From: a virus
Taxonomy: Duplodnaviria > Caudoviricetes
Strand: one strand, 5' to 3'
DNA length: 50,348 nt
Virus record (IMG/VR): IMGVR_UViG_3300009537_000020
Span: 1-50,348 of that record
A program made the position numbers and the translations under genes. The notes under the pieces were generated by a model. It searched no databases and had not been told where the DNA came from. It saw only the letters and a list, made by a program, of their open reading frames with translations. The stretch's first letter is position 1. Every line of letters starts with the position of its first letter. This document shows, one piece after another, positions 44,161 through 50,348 of this stretch.

Positions 44161-44309
44161 TTGGGGAGGCAGGGATTTGACTAGATTTGCGTCGGATTTA
44201 CGTTAATTAGATTAACCACCTCACTAGTATAGTCACCCTGCAAGCGTCTATGGCGTTATCCATAGAATCTAGTGTTGCGTCTTTCTCGCTCTATTCCGCC
44301 ACTCCCCAA
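44161..44309 (-). ncRNA. tRNA-like RNA A with 54-nt insertion in the T-loop
   Basis: TTGGGGAG/CTCCCCAA closing stem; TGGCGGAA...AGACGC D-arm; GCAGGG/CCCTGC T-stem; no canonical anticodon arm. Confidence 0.7.
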
Positions 44310-44322
44310 TTATCAAAAGAAC

Positions 44323-44483
44323 AAAATCGGCACGTACGCTGATACGTCTACCCAAATTCTATCTGTGGCTGTGTTCAGGACACTTTTCAATAGTGGCGTC
44401 TGCCTTGGCACTACCACAAGCAACCCGTTAAACCCGTCGGCTAACCGTGATTCACCGATAGAAAGGCGTAACGCACCGATTTT
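44323..44483 (-). ncRNA. structured RNA B
   Basis: AAAATCGGTGCGT/ACGTGCCGATTTT closing stem (G-U pairs valid only on the minus strand), TTCTATC/GATAGAA inner stem, further hairpins. Confidence 0.6.
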
Positions 44484-44492
44484 TAAAGAACA

Positions 44493-44642
44493 ATGGTCGA
44501 AGGGGGCAGGGTTTGACCTGCAATTCTCAATCCACCCATGAGCAACCCGTCGTCACGTCTGCTCGCCCGTGGTTCAAGCCGTCACATATCCACTTGAGAA
44601 CTCACCACCTAGCGGCTCACTGTCCGCCACCCCGACGACCAT
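44493..44642 (-). ncRNA. tRNA-like RNA C with expanded anticodon domain
   Basis: ATGGTCG..GGGG/CCCC..CGACCAT stem; GCGG/CCGC D-stem; GCAGG-TCAAAC-CCTGC T-arm; TTCTCAA/TTGAGAA closes a ~70-nt domain. Confidence 0.7.
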
Positions 44643-44654
44643 ATTGTTAAAGAA

Positions 44655-44807
44655 CTAATTACACCAAGTACACATTGACTGGCAATAACCCCATTGATAA
44701 CCCCTGGAAGTGCAGTCTGTAACACATTTCCAATCTGTTTGGCAATAAGCATAAGCTATTGTTGTGAATAATGACAATATTGCTAATAAGATCAATAATC
44801 TTTTCAT
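44655..44807 (-). CDS. 50-aa secreted six-cysteine peptide
   Basis: Read manually: AAGGAGG RBS; MKRLLILLAILSLFTTIAYA|YCQTDWKCVTDCTSRGYQWGYCQSMCTWCN. Confidence 0.75.
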   Translation of the reverse strand: MKRLLILLAILSLFTTIAYAYCQTDWKCVTDCTSRGYQWGYCQSMCTWCN

Positions 44808-44825
44808 TATATTCCTCCTTAAATT

Positions 44826-44878
44826 CCGCCCCTTTTGGAAGCACTACACGGTTGGCGTACCATTGGTAGGAGGGGCGG
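44826..44878 (-). promoter_or_regulatory. intergenic stem-loop CCGCCCCT...AGGGGCGG
   Basis: 8-bp GC stem enclosing 37 nt, directly before the RBS of the Cys-rich peptide. Confidence 0.45.
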
Positions 44879-44885
44879 TTGGTTA

Positions 44886-45107
44886 TTAAGAAAGATCTTC
44901 CTTTGCCGCCTTAGCTTCCGGTGATAGATCCGAGTCTAATTCATCCTGAAAATCATCGATTGGCCTGATAGATATCTTATTCACCGAGCTTTCTTTACTA
45001 ACATATTCAATGACTTCGTCTAACAAAATGCAGGCGCAATCAATCTTTGCCTTGCTCGTCGGTTTTTCCAACATCTTCCGTATTGCTTTCAGATTGTTTA
45101 GAAGCAT
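44886..45107 (-). CDS. hypothetical protein
   Basis: 73 aa, AAGGA RBS. Confidence 0.55.
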   Translation of the reverse strand: MLLNNLKAIRKMLEKPTSKAKIDCACILLDEVIEYVSKESSVNKISIRPIDDFQDELDSDLSPEAKAAKEDLS

Positions 45108-45435
45108 TCTTATATCCTTCCAATTTTATTTGATGTTCAGTTTTGGCTTGGTCATATTCTTTGTGGTTAACTTCTTTGTGGTTATTTTCCATATCTTTTA
45201 TGACTATGGCTGCGCGTTGGCAAAATTCTTCATCGATCTTCTTGTCCGGGGGTTCATCCTTGTAAAATCTGACCCACATTTCAAGATCAAGAGCTTTTAA
45301 ATAACCAACGCTCTTTGGGGTTAAATCAACTCCGGTAAGGTGTTTGATACGTTTTATTGCTGCGGACCTATTATGAAGGGCAGTCTGTTCACTATTCCCG
45401 CCCATAGGAATAAATGGTAGTTCAGGGGAATTCAT
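45040..45435 (-). CDS. hypothetical protein
   Basis: 131 aa, TAATG-coupled. Confidence 0.6.
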   Translation of the reverse strand: MNSPELPFIPMGGNSEQTALHNRSAAIKRIKHLTGVDLTPKSVGYLKALDLEMWVRFYKDEPPDKKIDEEFCQRAAIVIKDMENNHKEVNHKEYDQAKTEHQIKLEGYKNASKQSESNTEDVGKTDEQGKD

Positions 45436-45806
45436 TATTTATCCTTTACATCAACGGTTGATTCAGGCTCAGGCATGGTAATCTCTTCCGGGGGCTCACG
45501 TTTTTCCATCATCCGTAACGGGATATTATAAATCCAGCCTGTATCCACGCCCATCTTCTCCCGGATACGTATTACCTCTTTGCCTATATTCTGTTCGGAC
45601 AATGTTGCATTATCAAATTCTTCAAGCTGTTTTTTTTGTAGTCCAATAATCTGCCTGCTGATCTGCATAAAATTATTGGCATGTTGCGCGTTTTCTTGAA
45701 TGTGTTTCTCAATATCCGGTTTATACTTATCCGGGACATTAACACGTACAACCGTCTCGCCGGTGTTTGGGTCAACGAATTTCTCATCGAATTTTTGTTC
45801 TGTCAT
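45435..45806 (-). CDS. hypothetical protein, first gene of leftward early operon
   Basis: ATG at 45806 with AAAGGA RBS; central coiled coil. Confidence 0.65.
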   Translation of the reverse strand: MTEQKFDEKFVDPNTGETVVRVNVPDKYKPDIEKHIQENAQHANNFMQISRQIIGLQKKQLEEFDNATLSEQNIGKEVIRIREKMGVDTGWIYNIPLRMMEKREPPEEITMPEPESTVDVKDK

Positions 45807-45842
45807 TGGTTTTCCTTTCAATTTGTAGGTGGGTTATCTGCT

Positions 45843-45878
45843 TGTTAACAACTATAACACAATTAACATTGTATGCAA
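45843..45878 (-). promoter_or_regulatory. sigma70-type promoter with TGTTAACA operator-like site
   Basis: TTGCAT-16 nt-TATAGT with extended TG, followed immediately by TGTTAACA. Confidence 0.7.
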
Positions 45879-45890
45879 GATATTTTTAAA

Positions 45891-48800
45891 TTATTTTTGT
45901 CGTCGGGACTTGCGGATAATAGCTGGGGATGCTGCTTTAATATGCAGTATTTTACGTTCTAATTCACGCATTTTATCGGCGTCGTACATCTTTCGCATCT
46001 CACGTAAAATGATTTCTTTCTCCTCATTTGTTCTGGCGGTCATAAGCATATCAAGATATACGTTTGGCCCGCGCTCTTTTTCTTGTTTTATATCATCACG
46101 AATATTTTTCATTTGGCGTGTGGTTGGATTGTCATAAAGTTTTTTAGATATATCTTTTGATACTTTATTTAAGCTTTCTCCTTTTTCTATACGATCAGCC
46201 GCCTTATCTATAAGCTCACGCTTCAATATAGTTCTTTTGGCCTGATCCTTATCAATATCCTCACGAACCTTGCGTAATGACTCAGTTTTACCGTAATCAC
46301 TTACTTTTATAAGCCTATTTACCCCTGGAACCTTCCTAATAATTGACTCAAATGTTGTCTGGCTCTTGTCAGAATACGTTGCAAATTGAACAAGGCCAGA
46401 GTTATTTGTCGTCCATTGTACCATTTTCTTTAAAGAAGGCCATCCTCCAGCCTTCCAGGCGGTGTCAGAAATAAGATATTGACCGCGGAAGGCATCATAA
46501 GGGTTTTTACCGGTTAAATACTGGATCCACGCCCCTGACATCTCAATACCAGGGGCAAGGCCAGGCATCTGACCAGATCCGAATGCGAAAATCTGTTGCA
46601 ATTGTTTAGGGTCTTTTTCGTAAATTCCCATTCCAACTTTCCAAAAAATAGCTGTCATTAATCGTCCGGTTTCATCGTGAGGTATTCTAAAATAAACAGT
46701 CTTTCCGTTCGAATCTTTCCCGACCGGTATAATAATATAATTAGTCTTATCGTATTCACTTATATTATCGTATAAGTCTTTTATCTCTTTGCCGGCCAAC
46801 CCTATAGAAGCAGCAATCATTAAAAATTTTGGCAATATATTTATTTTAAAATGTGACCACCAGAATCCGCTTCTTGTCTTTGGATGCGTAGCCAGCTGTG
46901 CATCTGCCTTCAGCCCTTCTTTCATAATATTAGAGAACATCCAGACTGAGTTTGTAACAGATGTTATCGTACCTCCTCGACGATAATTAGGAGTACCAAT
47001 ATAATTCCTTGTCATATACGAAACTTGTTTTTGACTAAGATTAGGATCGTCCTTTAATATATTATACCCGGCAATTTTAGATAAAGACTCTAACGTGCTG
47101 CCCATGAACCGAACCCCCTCCATAAAAGCTAACAACGGACGAAGTAACGGCTTCATTAATTTCTGGTATTGATGTTCCTCCCCTTTTAATATTCCAAGCT
47201 GTCTTAAAATACCGTGATAATCATCGCCATGAATATCAAAATTAAAATCTATAAAAGGAATGTCAAGGGCGTACGTACCAAGCATTTCTTTAATGGTGTT
47301 ATCTTCTAAACCCATCTGTCTACGAATAGACGTCGGTAAAGCTTGAGCATACACAGATAGCAGTTTCAAAAGAGATACTTTCTGCCCCATAGCGTTCAAG
47401 TTTGCATAAGTACGCTTGAAGTCACGGATAGGGTTGAAAGCAAAAGCGAATCCAGGGTTATATGTAATATAAAGATTCTTAAATATTTGATTTCCGAAAA
47501 CTTTATTTATTAAATGGCCAACAAGCATAACATCACCATCTTTGTTAGCTTCCACAGATTTTGCTATATACTGATCTACCTCATAAGCGGTAAGTTTCCC
47601 GTCTTCCAGAAGCTTAATTAATCCCATGCCGGATCCAGGCTTTGGTTTAGCAAAATTACCTCTAATATCTTTCTTAACAAGTTTAATTTCTCCCGGGAAA
47701 GATTTTTTAAGCCAATCACGCAACTGGTTTGCCGCCCTTTGTCTGGAATTTAACCGGTTTAAAGATATCATTTTTAAGATGGTAGTTATAAATGGATTCT
47801 CAATGTCAAGCAGGGTACCTTTCTGCATTTTTACAGTAGCCGGAACATGCTCTTGAAGATAATTTAAAACTCCAAAAGTTGCATAATACCCTTTATTTGG
47901 CTTGATAATATTCTCAAAGGTCTCTCTATTATAACTTCCGACTCTGACAGCCTCTTCAATTATAGGCCAAATTATTTCGTGGAAATCCCGAGCTATCCTT
48001 TCGATCTCATTAAATTTTTCAGGCCCGATCTTCTCTGCAAAGAATCTCATCTGTTCGGCTGCGCTCTTTGGTGAATACCCTAACGGATTTGCAATATCCT
48101 TCCTACCGGGGACATTAAAGAATTCTTTCTTCATCATCTCGCCTTCTTCTTCAGAAAAAGGCATAAATTCTTCTGGAGGAGATTGTATATCTCCCTGTAA
48201 GGGCATTTCAGGGCGGCCCATAACACGTTTTAGAAATAAATAAATACCTAAATCGTCATCTTTCATCCCAATCTCTGTTAAGGGCTTATTCACCTTATTA
48301 TCAATATCGGACATTAAAAGAAAATTATCGTTGTCAACTAAGGATCTTTCTTCCAATTCATACTCCGGGCTTTCCGACGGTGGCAAGAATTCACCTTTAC
48401 TTTCTATCGATCTGCGCTTTGCAATGATTGGATAATTAATATCATCAACCATCTGCCTTATTCGTTCCCAATAATTAACATTAGAAAGTTCTTTTTCTTT
48501 TCGTTTTTGATCGCGGAGTTCCTCCCCTTTGGCATACATCTGACGTATATCTTCGTCGCGCCTTTTCAATAACTCCGCCGGTTTACCATCAAGAATATCC
48601 TGGATATAAAAATATTCTTGTTTAACTAAAGATTTTTTATCAAGAGCCTCAAAAAATAATTCAAAAGTTTCCGGGGCGATCTTCTTTGCAAGACTTGGGT
48701 TGTTAAAAAGAACAGACACGAAATCAGCGTACAGTTCCACGCTGCTATAACGGTATTTTATATATCCTTCGCTTGATAGCGCTTCATCAAATGGTTTCCA

Positions 48801-50348
48801 CTTTTTGGTCAAAGCTTTCAACTCTTCTCTTAATTCCTTATTTGTGACAACATTTTCCCCGAAAGTATTTTTTAAGAATTTCCTAAGAGAAAACAGCCGG
48901 CCATATATATTCCCACGCTTCATTGTATTCTGAGGAACATAATCAATCAAATGACCAATCTCATGCGCCAGAGTTGATGCCAATTGTTCCTCATTACCAC
49001 GTTTGAATAATTCATAATTGATTCCTATTTGCCCCTGTTCACGCGGATAGAATTTACCGTAACTTGCAGGATATTTCTTTGGTATCGGTGGCCCGCCCAT
49101 AATATCACTGGCAATCTTTACCATTTCGATAACTGGTATTGGCTTCACATCAACGGTTTCTGATTCTTGCGGGAGTCCTTCTGCTGTCTCATCGACGGAG
49201 CTAAGTTGCTCTGGGGATTCTTTATTCTTAGATCGCTGTCTTTCAATTAATGCTTTCTTATAATCATAAATATCTTTAGCAGCATCTAATATTTCTTGAT
49301 CTGATAATGAATCAATCTTTTGTCTATCAATATCTGTACTCTTTTGCCCATGCCATTTTAAACTTTCTCGCATATTTCCGATAATATCTTTTCGAGTCAT
49401 CCCGGCGGTTCCATCATTATCAAGATAACTTTTATATAAACTGCTCAATAAATTCTCAATAGAACCCCATTCTTCTGATACATTATCTCCCTCTACGTCT
49501 TGGCCTGTATTTGGATCTATAAGTCCTGGACTTCCTTCGCTTATACGTTCTGCGTAAACCGATTCTAAAGAATCCAATACTTCCTGGGTTAATCCTCTTT
49601 CGTACGCACCTTCTATGAAATACTCTAGTTCTGTTATGTTGAGCTTCCTAGCTTCATTCTCAATTTCCTGTAATTCCTTAGATTTGGTTCTTGGAGGACT
49701 GTCTTCTTCATCCCACGTATCTTCTTTACTAAGCGGTTCGTCTTGATTAGCCTTTCGTACAATTGCTGATGTTTCTGATTCCGAAATGCCTTCCGTATTG
49801 GCTTGTCCACCGTACACCTCCTTATGCCAGCCTCTTAATAATTGAGCGGTCTCAATCTGTTTATTAGTCAGCGGCTTATCATTATTAATTGCAGCAAACA
49901 TTGGGACCATGTGATCGTGATTAAGCCCTATATTTTTCAACTCCGTCGGGAATGTTGAGGGGCTTCTTATCTTTGACCCTGGACGGTCACCAGGGATTAA
50001 CGGACCTCCTGCCACCCAATCACCAGACAAAATCTCAACTTCTTTTAAAGCCTCTTTATCTTCTATAGTAAGAATAGGTTGCTTTGATGCCGGCTTATTT
50101 GATCGCAATACCCTTCCTTTTTTATCTCTCCTCAACGGCTCCGGTTCTACTTTAAAATTAAGAAGCCCTGGCTCCTCTGTAACCGTTGGTTCACTTGTTA
50201 TTTGATCGAAAACATCTCCCTTACCTTGTTGGGGATTAATCTCAATAGGCTTTCCCTGCTCATCTCTGGCTATTCTTGGCTTTATATCAGACGGCTCAAA
50301 GGTTATTTGGTCAAATATATCTTTTCCTGGTTTAATTGGCTCTGCTTT
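45891..50348 (-). CDS. C-terminal part (>=1485 aa, 5' truncated) of giant internal virion / large polyvalent protein
   Basis: The frame stays open from 50135 up to 50348 (71 more codons, containing DIFDQI and DVFDQI). Zincin motif LAHEIGH...ELYAD; C-terminal LPD38-like YIIIPVG...YFRIPHDE.G region. Confidence 0.85.
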   Translation of the reverse strand, partial: KAEPIKPGKDIFDQITFEPSDIKPRIARDEQGKPIEINPQQGKGDVFDQITSEPTVTEEPGLLNFKVEPEPLRRDKKGRVLRSNKPASKQPILTIEDKEALKEVEILSGDWVAGGPLIPGDRPGSKIRSPSTFPTELKNIGLNHDHMVPMFAAINNDKPLTNKQIETAQLLRGWHKEVYGGQANTEGISESETSAIVRKANQDEPLSKEDTWDEEDSPPRTKSKELQEIENEARKLNITELEYFIEGAYERGLTQEVLDSLESVYAERISEGSPGLIDPNTGQDVEGDNVSEEWGSIENLLSSLYKSYLDNDGTAGMTRKDIIGNMRESLKWHGQKSTDIDRQKIDSLSDQEILDAAKDIYDYKKALIERQRSKNKESPEQLSSVDETAEGLPQESETVDVKPIPVIEMVKIASDIMGGPPIPKKYPASYGKFYPREQGQIGINYELFKRGNEEQLASTLAHEIGHLIDYVPQNTMKRGNIYGRLFSLRKFLKNTFGENVVTNKELREELKALTKKWKPFDEALSSEGYIKYRYSSVELYADFVSVLFNNPSLAKKIAPETFELFFEALDKKSLVKQEYFYIQDILDGKPAELLKRRDEDIRQMYAKGEELRDQKRKEKELSNVNYWERIRQMVDDINYPIIAKRRSIESKGEFLPPSESPEYELEERSLVDNDNFLLMSDIDNKVNKPLTEIGMKDDDLGIYLFLKRVMGRPEMPLQGDIQSPPEEFMPFSEEEGEMMKKEFFNVPGRKDIANPLGYSPKSAAEQMRFFAEKIGPEKFNEIERIARDFHEIIWPIIEEAVRVGSYNRETFENIIKPNKGYYATFGVLNYLQEHVPATVKMQKGTLLDIENPFITTILKMISLNRLNSRQRAANQLRDWLKKSFPGEIKLVKKDIRGNFAKPKPGSGMGLIKLLEDGKLTAYEVDQYIAKSVEANKDGDVMLVGHLINKVFGNQIFKNLYITYNPGFAFAFNPIRDFKRTYANLNAMGQKVSLLKLLSVYAQALPTSIRRQMGLEDNTIKEMLGTYALDIPFIDFNFDIHGDDYHGILRQLGILKGEEHQYQKLMKPLLRPLLAFMEGVRFMGSTLESLSKIAGYNILKDDPNLSQKQVSYMTRNYIGTPNYRRGGTITSVTNSVWMFSNIMKEGLKADAQLATHPKTRSGFWWSHFKINILPKFLMIAASIGLAGKEIKDLYDNISEYDKTNYIIIPVGKDSNGKTVYFRIPHDETGRLMTAIFWKVGMGIYEKDPKQLQQIFAFGSGQMPGLAPGIEMSGAWIQYLTGKNPYDAFRGQYLISDTAWKAGGWPSLKKMVQWTTNNSGLVQFATYSDKSQTTFESIIRKVPGVNRLIKVSDYGKTESLRKVREDIDKDQAKRTILKRELIDKAADRIEKGESLNKVSKDISKKLYDNPTTRQMKNIRDDIKQEKERGPNVYLDMLMTARTNEEKEIILREMRKMYDADKMRELERKILHIKAASPAIIRKSRRQK

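Larger units (their letters stand above)
44151..44655 (-). promoter_or_regulatory. four boxA-like motifs GTTCTTT(A/T)(A/G)A at 44151-60, 44313-22, 44482-91, 44646-55
   Basis: Resemble rrn/nut boxA (GCTCTTTAACA / GTTCTTTGAAA); spacing 162, 169 and 164 nt. Confidence 0.7.

Noticed and set aside
44161-44642. Canonical tRNA genes or tmRNA
   Set aside because: Neither tRNA-like unit has a 5-bp/7-nt anticodon arm. Unit C has a mismatched acceptor stem and a 6-nt T-loop, and unit A has an interrupted T-loop. There is no tag reading frame or tmRNA-length body.
44151-44655. CRISPR array suggested by the regular spacing
   Set aside because: The repeats are only ~10 nt, the intervals are ~155 nt and internally structured, and no cas genes are present.
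44659-44844. ORF-track 61-aa ORF
   Set aside because: The overlapping frame 44655..44807 has a strong SD, a signal peptide and an ordered Cys pattern, so it is the better gene call.
50300-50348. Exact circular closure or terminal repeat with base 1
   Set aside because: No sequence overlap between the ends, and a direct join breaks the reading frame.
1-50348. Stop-codon reassignment (alternative genetic code)
   Set aside because: Conserved genes (terL, portal, groEL, recT) are full length in code 11, and TAA, TAG and TGA all occur at plausible gene ends.

Overview
The window is a near-complete, circularly permuted ~50 kb tailed-phage genome with a podovirus-type layout. It has three transcription units. 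(i) A long leftward packaging/virion operon starts near 28.5 kb: terS, terL, portal, scaffold, capsid, fibres, adaptor, nozzle and ejection-type proteins. It runs off base 1 and apparently continues at 50348 in a giant (>1700 aa) internal protein. (ii) A leftward early/middle operon runs from ~45.85 kb to 33.37 kb: ncRNAs, many small ORFs, YqaJ/RecT, a replication initiator with iterons, RusA, GroEL and a divergent GroES. (iii) A short rightward early operon spans 29.5-33.4 kb. I could not recognise an integrase, CI repressor, DNA polymerase, helicase or endolysin. The most unusual observations are: an array of three ~150-nt structured, partly tRNA-like RNAs punctuated by four boxA-like motifs at ~165-nt period; an HlyC-like acyltransferase gene coupled to an ejection-type protein with a miniature C39 protease and a double-glycine-like site; a TMTC-like membrane glycosyltransferase and a signal-peptide-bearing LamG fibre inside the virion operon; a 50-aa secreted six-cysteine peptide missing from the ORF track; and strong regional CCGG enrichment. 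All family assignments are by-eye motif recognition; no searches were run.
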